Shown one piece after another: positions 27,386 through 41,840 of a stretch of DNA of 64,000 bases. Source of the stretch: Octopus vulgaris. Taxonomy: Eukaryota. Positions within the stretch are counted from its first letter, which is position 1. Each line of letters begins with the position of its first letter. The notes beneath the pieces are model-generated. The model was not told the origin of the DNA, made no database searches, and saw nothing but the letters and a program-made list of their open reading frames with translations. The stretch lies in contig OX597824.1 in NCBI GenBank assembly GCA_951406725.2, positions 69,626,001 to 69,690,000 on the forward strand, read 5' to 3'. Both the position numbers and the translations under genes were made by a program.

Positions 27386-27582
27386 CAACAACAACAACAA
27401 CAACATCGAAAAATACCTTAGGAATGAGAAGGCAGGTTCGAAATTTCCCCAAGACACTTGATGAAGGCTGGAGGGTATCAGCCGAAACGTTGTATTAACA
27501 ACAAACAAGATGAGAACAAATGTAAATAATGTAAATAATGTAAATAGTGTACATAATTCCTCATCTCTTAAATATAGAACTG
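27248..27582 (+). mobile_element. Same element, right arm, about 15 nt 5'-truncated
   Basis: Reverse complement of the left arm; extends into an (ATGTAAATA)n tail. Confidence 0.75.
27453..27496 (+). ncRNA. Degenerate minimal type I hammerhead-like motif
   Basis: GACAC-TTGATGA-A-GGCTG-gagggtat-CAGCC-GAA-ACGT-T-GTATT; core has C3>U and stem I has one mismatch (GTGTT in the other arm). Confidence 0.5.
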
Positions 27583-27646
27583 TTGATACAACTTGTAACC
27601 GAGTCGTTGCACAATTGTGTTATTCTTTATTTTCGTATATAACATA

Positions 27647-28043
27647 CTAGCAGTATCACCCGGCGTTGCTCGGGTTTGTAAGGGAAATAACTATATAAGC
27701 ATTTTTAGAGAGTTATAGCCAAAAATAGGCAAAAAAATGCATTAAAAATGGAAAAAAAATTATGGTAAATTTTTTTTTTAAATCGTTGACTCATCGTAGA
27801 CATTTTTAGAGAGTTACTTCCCTTTTTTAATAGCGAAAAAATGCATTAAAATGGAAAAAAATGATGGTAATTTTTTTTTAATCGTAGACTCATCGTAGAC
27901 GCGCACTAATACCCAGAAGGGTTCGATATGAATCACGACTATAAGATACCCGGTTTTGGTTAAACTGCACCGCAAAATGTGGGAGTAGTTAGGAATCTAA
28001 ATCGTAGGAGACAGACATACAACTTGACTTTTATATATAAAGA
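27647..28043 (-). mobile_element. Non-autonomous Helitron
   Basis: TC start, hairpin plus CTAG end, A|T target; same family as 10222. Confidence 0.85.
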
Positions 28044-28049
28044 TAATCA

Positions 28050-29290
28050 TTAATTGTATGTTCTCTATTTTACAGCTTTGATAATGAGTAGTGAAAAAAT
28101 ATCAAACGGATCCATTTTACGCTACCTGCGGATAAAAGGACTGACTGCAAAGGCATCGGGAAAAGAAATTAATGATGTAAACGGCCTAGGAGCTGTCAAC
28201 GAACGTGTAGCACAAAACTAGTTTGCCGGTTCAAGGTAGGTAATGCTACCCTCGAGGACAATCCGCAGTCAAGGAGACTGTCTGTCATGGAAGATGAGGC
28301 TTAGCCTGAAATTCCGCTACCCGGCAAAGATCAGTTGAAGGGGTGCACTTCTACAGTATTACAATGGCCCAGGATGCACTGCCAATGTAACCTGACCTTA
28401 CATGTTCAGACTACTTTTTCAGCCATGGCTTATTTCTTGCATAGACAGACATTCAACAATGTGGGTAAGGATGAAAGTGGGTGCAGGGAGATTTTTGCCT
28501 TAAATCAAGCCAAATCGTATGGGCTGGGAATTGAGCTTTTCGCTCAAGCACTCGTATATAATCGGCAGAACTTGATCCTTCACAAAGCACCATCATTCGG
28601 CACCGCTCAAAGTTCGGCCTTGCGAACGAAGACTGTCGTGAAGTTCCTCATAAACTGATCAATGACCAAACTCAGTGAGGTGTGAACATTTGTAAACAAC
28701 TGCTGGCAAATCTTCGAGATTTGAGCATCGAAAACTGGATCTATTTTCGTAATCTTAATCAGAGAAATCTATTCCGGTTAGATATCAGAACCTTGTCCAA
28801 ACAAGAGCGGCATGCACAGAATGTCATGTTGTGTCTTGTGTGAAATTTCAAGGGTGTGTTGCACTTTGTCCCAAATGATCATGTTGTGAACGCTAACCTT
28901 TATGGTCAACAACTGCAGTAAGTATACGATGCATTGAAACCACGCTACCCGGCAATGGTCACTTGAAGACGTGCACTTCTACAGCATTACAATGGCCTAG
29001 CACGCACTGCCAATGTGACCAGACCTCGCACCTTCAGATTACCTTCTTTTCCAAGCCATAGACAGAGATTGTTTCCTGCATTGACAGAGATTTAATAATG
29101 TGGATTAGGTTGAAAACGGGTGCCGGGAGATCTTTGCCTATATACCAAGCAAACGGTATGAGCGTGGAACTGAACTTCTTACGTAGTAATGGCAACAGAT
29201 AATAGAATGCGCTTTGATGGATAAACACTTTTCCTATGTAATTTGTTTGAACTATTAATTAAAGCTTGAAATACGAAAAACCTCTTGATT
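28050..29290 (+). mobile_element. Rearranged, decayed mariner (Mos1/Hsmar-type) transposase relic
   Basis: ILRYLRIKGLTAKASGKEINDVNGLGAVNERVAQN*F.RFKVGNATLED; VMLCL..NFKGVLHF..VNANLYGQQL..ALLQHYNG..TANVT; PSDYLLF. Confidence 0.8.
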
Positions 29291-30469
29291 CAGCTTGGTA
29301 GATACCGAGGTTAAAATTGTATGTTTATTAAGATGTATATTCTACAATACATTTCATATAGATATGTGTATGTATGTATGTATGTATGTATGTATGTATG
29401 TATGTATGTATGTATGTATGTATTTATGCGTGTGTACGTGTGCGTTTGTGTGTATGTGTGTGTGTGTGTGTGTAAGTATATGTCTATGTGTGTGCCTTTG
29501 TATATAACCTTCACCACCGCTTTGACCTCCGGTGTTGTTTAGTTTACGTCCTCGTAACATCACGATTCCGCAACAGAGTGTGATATAGTAAGTACCAGAC
29601 TAACAAATAGGTACCGGTGTCAATTTATTCGATTAAACCCCACAAAACATTGCTCGCACTTGGCCGCAGTCTTATGACTGAAACAGAAACAAATACAAGA
29701 CAAAAGATCAAATATATGACAGGTATTTGCAACTTGAGGGACATATGATTCCTATGTCTAGCAAATCAAGTTACCACGTAGAGGTAAATACAAAAACCAT
29801 CCAGCTCAGAGAAACAGAGGCCATTATAGTAGTGAATGATCATACAGAATATTATTAAACTAGTACTAAGAAACGAAGCTATAGATGATAGAATTATAAT
29901 TTTATTAGCTTTGTTTATCTTACCATAATATACTTTGTAAAGAGAGCAAAGTTGGTTAAATGTTTATATATAATAACTGCGTTCATTTAATTGAAATTAT
30001 TAGAATATTGTCTAAGCAAAGGAAAAATTATACGAAAAGTAGAAAAGCCTTTAGATGTTCGCGAAATATTATTAAATTAATTTGCGGAGAAAGAAAAAAT
30101 AGAACAAGCGTCTGAATTAATATCTATTTAACGTTGAGTGGGTGGAGATTTTCGGATGTCTGGAGTGAATTATTAAATTTCTTTGGATTATCTCAGAGTA
30201 GAAGAACTAGTTTGGATAACCTAACAAATAAATGTATTAATTGTATCAGACTGTGTTAACAAATACGTAAGAAAATACAGTAGAATAGTAAAATATAGTG
30301 AAGCAAATATTCTCATAAAGATAGGAAATGATGGCAAAATATTATTTGGATGTGTAAACTTCTGAAGAGCTACCATGGCAAGGGACGTAACTAAGATAAA
30401 ACTAAAAGCATAGGCGATAAAATAGGTGTTGGTTGTGTTGGTGGCTGTAGTTTGTGTAGTTATTGAGGT

Positions 30470-30807
30470 TGTTAAGGTGGTGGTGGTGGTGATGGTGGTA
30501 TGATACTAGTACGATTGGCAACGGCGGTGGCGGTGGTGGTGGCGGCGATGGTGGAGGCGGTGGTGGAGGCGGTGGTGGAGGCGGCGCTGGTACTGGTGTG
30601 GCATTGGTGCTGGTCTGGTACAGAGGTGGTACTGGTCGTAGTGCTGGTGGTAGTTGTTGTTGTGGTTGTGGTGGTAGTGATGGTAGTTTGTGGTGTGATT
30701 GTTGATGGTGTTGTTATTGATATTGTTGAGATGGTGGTGGTATGATGCAAGTACAATGGTGGTGGCGATGGTGTTGTTGTTGGTGTTGTTGTTGTTGTTG
30801 TTGTTGC

Positions 30808-30838
<31 letters not shown>

Positions 30839-31197
30839 GGTGGTGATGGTCATGATGCTGGTTCTGGTGCATGTGATGCTGATGGTAGTTGTAGTTGTTG
30901 TTTTTGTGGTTGCGGTGGTAGCAGTGAGATGGTGGTGATGGTTGCAATGATAGTGTTTGTTGTGGTGCTGACGGTGGTGGTGGTGGGTGGCTGCGGGGAT
31001 AGTGGTTATGATGACGAGGAGGAGAGGCAGCAGGAGGAACAGGAGGAGCAGCAAGACCAGGAGGAGGAAAACGATGACGGAGATGATAATGATGAGGTGA
31101 ATGTTACGACTATGAGGATAGTGATGATGATAATACTATTGTTATTCTGTTGATGATGGTGATGATGGTGATGATAATAAACATGATTGATGCCTGA

Positions 31198-31258
<61 letters not shown>

Positions 31259-31534
31259 CATGAAAATTGATTTTATAAGAATGCTAATTGTGATGATGAT
31301 GATGACAAAAATGATGTTGATGATGATAATTTCTGATTTTGCAAATGATAATATTCTACTCCATAAAAAAGACGGCGTTAGTAATGACAGAGATGATGGT
31401 GATGATGATGATGATGATGATGATGATAGAGGTCGTGATGGTCGTGGTAGTGGTACTATATGATGATGATTATGGTGATGATGATGATGATGATGACGAC
31501 CATGATGATGGCGATAATGACGCTGACGATGATA

Positions 31535-31613
<79 letters not shown>

Positions 31614-31729
31614 CGATGATGATGATGAAGATGATGATGATGATGATGATGATGATAACGGCGCCAACGACGACGGCAATGATCAATATGATGATAATGG
31701 AGAAGATAGTGACGGCGTTGGTGTTGGTA

Positions 31730-31768
<39 letters not shown>

Positions 31769-31770
31769 GT
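30470..31770. repeat. (GGT)/(GTT)/(GAT)/(ATT)n degenerate trinucleotide tracts
   Basis: Direct reading. Confidence 0.9.
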
Positions 31771-32213
31771 ACAGAATTATATCGTTGTTGTTTCTGTTTC
31801 ATCAAGATCTAAAGAAGAATTAGAAAATAGGAAATAGTTAAAAGAAAAGAGAAAAAAAAAAACAAAGCAAAAGGAACTGTCCCAGATGTCTCGTTTTGCC
31901 TTTTGCAATCCGGGACACAAGAGGTCAATAAAGCCTCGTTCTGAAGTTGCATGTGACAAATTCGCTTTTAATTTATTTGGTCTGCAATATTCCAGATGGC
32001 CCCCTCATTACAGACAAGCACACACACACACTCGCACACGCACGCATACACGCCTACACACACACACACATACACACACACATACATACATACACACAGT
32101 CACATAGGCAATAACGTCAGATGCACATACAGACACACACAGAAGCAAGTTGTTATAGAACCTTCTTAAAGGCAGATGTATACAGGGAAATATATACACA
32201 TGCGTATATATAA

Positions 32214-32250
<37 letters not shown>

Positions 32251-32371
32251 CATGCGTTTGTGTATATATGCGTGTGTCTGTGGTCTGTATTTATTTATAA
32301 ATATATGCTTCCGTTGATGATAATTAGATAAATAATAAAGAAGATGGTGGAAGTTTTTGTTTTTGTTGTTA

Positions 32372-32418
<47 letters not shown>

Positions 32419-32571
32419 AATGGTGATGATGATGATGATGATATTGCCAAATATTTCGTTGTTTGACTTGTTTTTATTCCATCAAGATCTAAAGAAGTGC
32501 TTTATTAGTGTGTGTATTGCATACACACAAACACATACACACACACATATATATATATATACATGCATTTA

Positions 32572-32621
<50 letters not shown>

Positions 32622-32910
32622 GGTATGTGTGTGTATGCATTTATGCATGTGTGTACGTATGCATGTATGTATGTATGTATGTATGTATGTATGCATTCAC
32701 GCATGTATGTATTTACACATATACATATGCACCTCTGCACACAGAAACAGGCGTAGATACAAGCAATCATACTTCACAGATCGATACACAAACGCTACGG
32801 CACATACTGTCAAATTTCTGCAGAAATAGTTAGTGACAATCACATACACATTCAGGCACATACGCATACATATTCATACAAATGCGTTCAGATAGACATG
32901 CATATATGTA

Positions 32911-33003
<93 letters not shown>

Positions 33004-33079
33004 GTAGAAATATTAATATTTCTAAGTCTCTCATACATATGTATATGTATATATATATATGTATGTAAATATAAATATA

Positions 33080-33122
<43 letters not shown>

Positions 33123-33161
33123 GTATGTATACATAGATAGGTAGATAGATAGATAGAAAGG

Positions 33162-33244
<83 letters not shown>

Positions 33245-33254
33245 GGAAGATGAT

Positions 33255-33312
<58 letters not shown>

Positions 33313-33507
33313 AAGACAGACAGACATGCAGGCAAGCTAACAGAAAAACAGACAGACAAATAAACAGATATCGACAAGAAGAGAGAAAGACTAGTTGATT
33401 GATTTATTGAAAGTGACAGATACACACACAATGGCAGACTGGCAGACATACAGACAGACAGGCAGACAGTCGGACGGACAGACGGACGGACAGACGGACG
33501 GACGGAA

Positions 33508-33611
<104 letters not shown>

Positions 33612-33943
33612 GGTTATATGGAAGAGAAAATTGATAGAGAGATGAATAGATTAACCATATATAAGTATAGTTACAATCGTACAAGATCATACACCACATA
33701 GATACTAATCAATGTATCCATACAATTATACACGTACATGCACTTGCATACACGCATAGCTATGCACAAAGAAAGAAATATTGAGACCGAAGGGCAATAG
33801 AATTCTATGCCCGCATTTAGTCTTATTATCTTAGAATAGCATAACAGCTATATATATATTGTATGCACAGCATAACTCTCACACACCGAAATGGATATAT
33901 TATATACTAGTTTGCGTTTGATAAGTACGGCATATAAGTATGT

Positions 33944-34316
33944 GGATGGAAGCACTCCGTCGGTTCCGAAGACGAGGGTTCCGGTTGATCCGATCAACGG
34001 AACAGCCTGCTCGTGGAATTAACGTGCAAGTGGCTGAGCACTACACAGACACGTGTACCCTTAACGTAGTTCTCGGGGATATTCAGCGTGACACAGAGAG
34101 TGACAAGGCCGGCCCTTTGAAATACAGGTACAACAGAAACAGGAAGTAAGAGTGAGAGAAAGTTGTGGTGAAAGAATACAGCAGGGATCACCACCACCCC
34201 CTGCCGGAGCCTCGTGGACCTTTAGGTGTTTTCGCTCAATAAACACTCACAACGCCCGGTCTGGGAATCGAAACTGCGATCCTACGACCGCGAGTCCGCT
34301 GCCCTAACCACTGGGC
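33944..34316 (-). mobile_element. SINE family C with a distinct 3' body and TSD
   Basis: Head TGGCCCAGTGGTTAGGGCAGCGGACTCGCGG..GTTTCGATTCCC; CATATAAGTATGT duplicated at 33931-33943 and 34317-34329. Confidence 0.85.
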
Positions 34317-34624
34317 CATATAAGTATGTATGTATGTTTGTATATGTATGCATATATGTGTGTGTGTGTGTGTGTATGTGTGTGTGTGCCCTTATTTTGA
34401 TTTTTTTGATTTACTTGTATACATTTTTATTAAGGTTAGTTGTCTTAAAACTTTCTGAGGACATCAACTTAATGCTTTAAGATTTTGGTCTGTTTACATA
34501 TTGTCATACGTCCAAATGAAATATGCTCGGTAAGTTGAAATATGTTCGCTTTCTATATTCGAAGATCGCGTTCGGATGCCCGAGGATGTGGAATCTCTCC
34601 GTTGTACAAACGTCTTAGTATATA

Positions 34625-35053
34625 CTAGCAGTATCGCCCGGCGTTGCTCGGGTTTGTAAGGGAAATAACTATATAAGCATTTTTAGAGAGTTATAGCCAA
34701 AAAATAGCAAAAAATGCATTAAAAATGGAAAAAAAATTATGGTAAATTTTTTTTTAAATCGTTGACTCATCGTAGACATTTTTAGAGAGTTACTTCCATT
34801 TTTAGAGAGTTATAGCCAAAAAATAGCAAAAAAATGCATTAAAAATGGAAAAAAATGATGGTAAATTTTTTTTTTAATCGTAGACTCATCGTAGACGCGC
34901 ACTAATACCCAGAAGGGCTCGATATGAATCACGACTATAAGATACCCGGTTTTGGTTAAACTGCACCGCAAAATGTGGGAGTAGAAATGTGGGAGTAGTT
35001 AGGAATCTAAATCGTAGGAGACAGACACACAACCTTACTTTTATATATAAAGA
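34625..35053 (-). mobile_element. Non-autonomous Helitron
   Basis: Same termini as the other two copies; extra internal duplications. Confidence 0.85.
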
Positions 35054-35744
35054 TTATTCATGTCTTTTTTTGTTACTTCTTTAGTGTGCTGTTACTGGTA
35101 TTTTTTGTTAATTTTAGTTAATTTTGATTTTACTTTCAACATCCAGATATACTGTGAAAGTGTTGTGGTGATTACTCGAACGAGCTGTTGCAAGAGGACT
35201 TAATAAGATATGTGTAGCTTGTTGTATTACACAAAAGACATCAACAAAATTTACAAAGTCTTTCGCAATGTATTTACTATTAAAGGATTAAAGTTTTACA
35301 TTCAGATAGCTTTTTGCTGGGATTTTTCGAAATATCTTTGCGTTATGGATTTTAATGGCTATATAAGAATTTTGCCCATGGAACTCTCACTCCCTTTGGC
35401 GTCGTTTCTGTGAAGCAGCAGATGGAATAAACCGTCGTTTAGAAACTACTTTTCGATATGAATTAGAAGCGTTTTTTACTACTCATTTTTACACACGTTT
35501 TTTGTGCGGTGGATTATATCAAATAAACTTTTTAAAGCTTCCTCATATAGGTCACATTTAAAATACTGCTTTTTTTTCGAACATCTTTTATGTCTCCTCA
35601 GTGAAAGCTACCAACAGACCGTAAATTCTGTATTTTTTTTTCTTTTCAGAAAAAATATTACAGAGACTCCTTGTATCCCAGCTGTAATACTTGCAAGACT
35701 GGTTGAAGGTGGTTTCATCTCCATCATCAATACCAACTCAACGT

Positions 35745-37290
<1,546 letters not shown>

Positions 37291-37296
37291 GTAAGT

Positions 37297-37426
37297 GAAG
37301 TCGCATGGCTCAGCGGTCAGAGCGTCGAACTTACGACCGTGAGGTTGTGAGTTCGAATCCCGGACCGGGATGCGTGTTGTGTTCTTGAGCAAGACACTTT
37401 ATTTTACGTTGCTCCGGTTCACTCAG
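37297..37426 (+). mobile_element. SINE family D, 5' part
   Basis: TGGCTCAGCGG A box, GAGTTCGAATCC B box, then GTGTTGTGTTCTTGAGCAAGACACTT. Confidence 0.8.
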
Positions 37427-37721
37427 TTCGAAACGCCGCAGTGTTTTAAATTCCCCGTTATACTTCATTTTTAATACCTTCTAGCAGATTCGAACGTAAA
37501 TATATTATCTTATAGTTGTTGTTTATAATCATCGAAGAATATCTTTCTTTAGACGATACGTATTTATAATACCCGTGATACACCAGTGTAAGGGGGAATT
37601 TAAAATACTGCGGTGTTTCGAACTTCTTTTATGTCTCCTCAGTCAAAGCTACCAACAGACCGTAAAATCTAACAAGAGTACAATCAGTAAGCGAATTGTT
37701 TGTTGATGCAAGCTGATACCT

Positions 37722-37935
37722 ATTTCTTTATTACCCACAAGCGGCTAAACATAGAGGGGACAAACAAGGACAGACATAGGTATTAAGTCGATTACATCGA
37801 CCCCAGTGCGTAACTGGTACTTAATTTATCGACCACGAAAGGATGAAAGGCAAAGTCGACCTCGGCGGAATTTGAACTCAGAACATAAACAGCAGACGAA
37901 ATACGGCTACGCTAACGATTCTGCCAGCTCGCCAC
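37722..37935 (-). mobile_element. SINE family A with TSD
   Basis: CTGATACCT at 37713-37721 and 37936-37944. Confidence 0.85.
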
Positions 37936-38624
37936 CTGATACCTGCCAACCATTTAGAAAATCGAGAGATGCACGCAGAAAAACAGGTATCAAATAATGA
38001 GATATTTATTCATTCTTAATAGTTTCTTGTAGGTTCGAACGTAAATACCTGATCGCTGTTATATTTCATCATCAGAGAATACTGCCTTTGTTTATCCTTG
38101 TTAAAATGAATTTAATTCTGTATTTTTTTCTCCTTTCAGAAAAAATATTACAGAGACTCCTTGTATCCTAGAGTAATATATAATCTTAATTCACTTCTGT
38201 TTCTTATTCCTAAGAAGTTTCTGAAAACCCACTGCAAAACATTTATTTTCATGAAGCATCGGATGCTGGAAACACTGTAACTCATATATGGTGCCAACGT
38301 TTTAGAACTGCAAAGGGAAACGTTTTATGATAATCACAAATAATGCTTCGTTTTTGGATTTCGTTTCTCGATATGATCGGAAAGGTAGGGTTCGAGTATA
38401 CAAGGGTGCTCGAAAGAAATTAGAGAACAATATATGTAATGATACCAGTGGTACCTTCCCTAGATATAGAAACAAAGACTGGAATAGGATACAAAGAATA
38501 GTGACAAAGCAAACAGGGTGAACACCTGGAAGATAACCGACAAATATCAAGGAATTATGTTTGTATATATTAAATGGAACAATAACGCAATTGAGGATAA
38601 TAAAACATCCAGAAAGATAGATCT

Positions 38625-38692
<68 letters not shown>

Positions 38693-38891
38693 TATATACA
38701 TAACGTACGTTCTCAAATAACCTTTGCATTTGATTTTTTAATGTCTCTACCCTCATACTTTCGTGAGTTGAATTGAGCAAACACTATATGAGAGAGATTT
38801 TCTTTAAGTATTGGAGATATTTTAAAAAGTTTTTTAGCTGCTATTTCTAATGAGTTCAGTATGCAAAGTAATTTATTTTACTAAGCCCTTT

Positions 38892-39294
<403 letters not shown>

Positions 39295-39475
39295 AAGGGC
39301 TTAGTAAAATAAATTACTTTGCCGCATACTGAACTCATTAGAAATAGCAGCTAAAAAACTTTTTTAAAACTATCTCCAATACTTAAAGAAAATCTCTCTC
39401 ATATAGTGTTTGCTCAATTCAACTCAATGAAAGTATGAGGGTAGAGACATTAAAAAATCAAATGCAAAGGTTATT

Positions 39476-39528
39476 TGAGAACGTACGTTTCAAGATTAGT
39501 CAAAATCGACACTTCTATCATCAGTTCA
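39476..39528 (-). ncRNA. Type I hammerhead ribozyme motif (copy with a stem I mismatch)
   Basis: Reverse complement of the 40274 motif, with TGAA instead of TGAG. Confidence 0.6.
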
Positions 39529-40031
39529 GAACTCCCTGGTTTGGATTTGAAAACACTGAAAGTGGGAGCATACCCTTTCGGCCTGTTATCGCTTCTGAAG
39601 ATCTGCTCAAAACTAACAGTGCTAGCAAATTCAAATATGCAAACGAAGAATTTCTGCTCTCCCCTTTCCACCAGCGTGGGTTAAAATCAGCAAACACTAT
39701 GCTTTTTTCGGTAAAATCCGAGGCATTATATAGAGAGAGATGAATTATAATTTCAACAATTGAGGGTAAAATTAATTAATTAATCAATTTCACAAAGTAT
39801 TCAGTATACAGGGACCATTTAAGGCGAATTCAAATTATTACATTATATAAAAGGGTCTTAGTAAAATAAATTACTTTGCCGCATACTGAACTCATTAGAA
39901 ATAGCAGCTAAAAAAACTTTTTTAAAACTATCTCCAATACTTAAAGAAAATCTCTTCATATAGTGTTTGCTCAATTCAACTCACGAAAGTATGAGGGTAG
40001 AGACATTAAAAAATCAAATGCAAAGGTTATT

Positions 40032-40084
40032 TGAGAACGTACGTTTCAAGATTAGTCAAAATCGACACTTCTATCATCAGCTCA
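40032..40084 (-). ncRNA. Type I hammerhead ribozyme motif
   Basis: Identical to the 40274-40326 motif. Confidence 0.7.
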
Positions 40085-40273
40085 GAACTCCCTGGTTTGG
40101 ATTTGAAAACACTGATTTTAACCCACGCTGGTGGAAAGGGGAGAGCAGAAATTCTTCGTTTGCATATTTGAATTTGCTAGCACTGTTAGTTTTGAGCAGA
40201 TCTTCAGAAGCGATAACAGGCCGAAAGGGTATGCTCCCACTTTCAGTGTTTTCAAATCCAAACCAGGGAGTTC

Positions 40274-40326
40274 TGAGCTGATGATAGAAGTGTCGATTTT
40301 GACTAATCTTGAAACGTACGTTCTCA
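40274..40326 (+). ncRNA. Type I hammerhead ribozyme motif
   Basis: TGAG-CTGATGA-[tAGAagtGTCGatttTGACtaaTCTt]-GAA-AC-GTAC-GT-T-CTCA: canonical core, stem I TGAG/CTCA, palindromic stem III, GUU site. Confidence 0.7.
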
Positions 40327-40606
40327 AATAACCTTTGCATTTGATTTTTTAATGTCTCTACCCTCATACTTTCGTGAGTTGAATTGAGCAAACACTATAT
40401 GAGAGAGATTTTCTTTAAGTATTAGAGATAGTTTTAAAAAAGTTTTTTTAGCTGCTATTTCTAATGAGTTCAGTATGCGGCAAAGTAATTTATTTTACTA
40501 AGCCCTTTTATATAATGTAATAATTTGAATTCGCCTTAAATGGTCCCTTTGTATACTGAATACTTGGTGAAATTGATTAATTAATTAATTTTACCCTCAA
40601 TTGTTG

Positions 40607-40647
<41 letters not shown>

Positions 40648-40866
40648 CATATATATACGTACGTACATATATGCATACACACACACTCACACATACGCAC
40701 ACACACGTTCATTCACACACACACATACTTTCTGTCTACGAAGTTCACTCAGAAGGCAATTGTTGAGATGAGGTTATAGAAGACACTAGCCAAAGGTTCC
40801 CCGCAGTGCGACTGAACCCGAAACCACATGTTTGCAAGGTGAATTTCAGAACTATACAGCTATAAA

Positions 40867-41115
40867 GTTACCTTGCCGAGTCATGTCGACTCGTAAGGGC
40901 CGGTTTCCCGGTTTCCATCACGTGTATACACCACGCCTGGACAGAACGCTGGTCCGTCGCAGGATGGCCCATTTTTGCCAGCTGAGTGGACTGGAGCAAT
41001 GTGAAATAAAGTGCTTTGCTCAAGACCACAACGCGCCACGTTCGTTCCAGGAATTGAAACAACAATCTTACGATCATGAATCCAATAACCCTAACCATTA
41101 AGCCACGCGCCTCCA
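40867..41115 (-). mobile_element. SINE family D
   Basis: Colinear with 56877-57125. Confidence 0.8.
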
Positions 41116-41139
41116 CAATCATACAGACTTGCCTCCTAG

Positions 41140-41840
41140 ATATTGGCTTCAAATTTTGGCATAAGGCCAGCAACTTAGCGGGAGGAGATAAGTCGATTAC
41201 ATCGACCCATGTACACAACTGGTACTTATTTTATCGACCCCGAAAGGATAAAAGACAAAGCTGACCTCGGCGGAACTTGAACTCAGAACGTAAAGACGGA
41301 CGAAATGCGGCTAAACATTTTTCCCTGCATATTAATAATTCTGCCTGCTCGCCTCCTTAAAGAGACAAATACTGATTTCAAATTTTGGCACAATGCCGGC
41401 AATTTCGAGGGAGGGGTTAAGTCGATTGCATCGACCCCAGTGATCAACTGGTACCTATTTTATCGCCCTCGAAACAATAAAAGGTAAAGTCAATCTTGGC
41501 AGAATTTGAACTCAGAATGTAAAGACAGACGAAATACCTATTTCTTTACTACCCACAAGGGGCGAAACACAGAGAGGACAAACAAGGACAGACAAACGGA
41601 TTAAGTCGATTATATCGACACCAGTGCGTAACTGGTACTTAATTTATTGAACCCGAAAGGATGAAAGGCAAAGTCGACCTCGGCGGAATTTGAACTCAGA
41701 ACGTAACGGCAGACGAAATACGGCTACGCATTTCGCCCGGCTTGCTAACGATTCTGCCAGCTCATAGCCTTTAGACAGACGAAATATCACTAAGCATTTT
41801 GTCCAGCGTGTTAATGACTGTGTCAGCTCGACACCTTATG
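41140..41840 (-). mobile_element. SINE family A array, including a full copy nested in another A copy
   Basis: AGACAGACGAAATA flanks the inner copy (about 41523 and about 41773). Confidence 0.85.

Noticed and set aside
29720-30420. A-rich unique-looking region, possible old LINE remnant or exon
   Set aside because: No sustained ORF or motif I can support
31339-31812. Poly-Asp ORF resembling acidic biomineral proteins
   Set aside because: (GAT)n microsatellite that is equally open as poly-Met, poly-Ile or poly-Ser
38250-38475. Hammerhead-like traces (CATGAAGCATCGGATGCTGGAAAC; minus-strand CTAGGGAAGGTACCACTGGTATC)
   Set aside because: Cores are too degenerate to call by eye
39435-40391. Repeated 100-aa ORFs (MRVETLKNQ..)
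   Set aside because: Antisense to the hammerhead strand, no recognisable domain, repeated only because the DNA is duplicated
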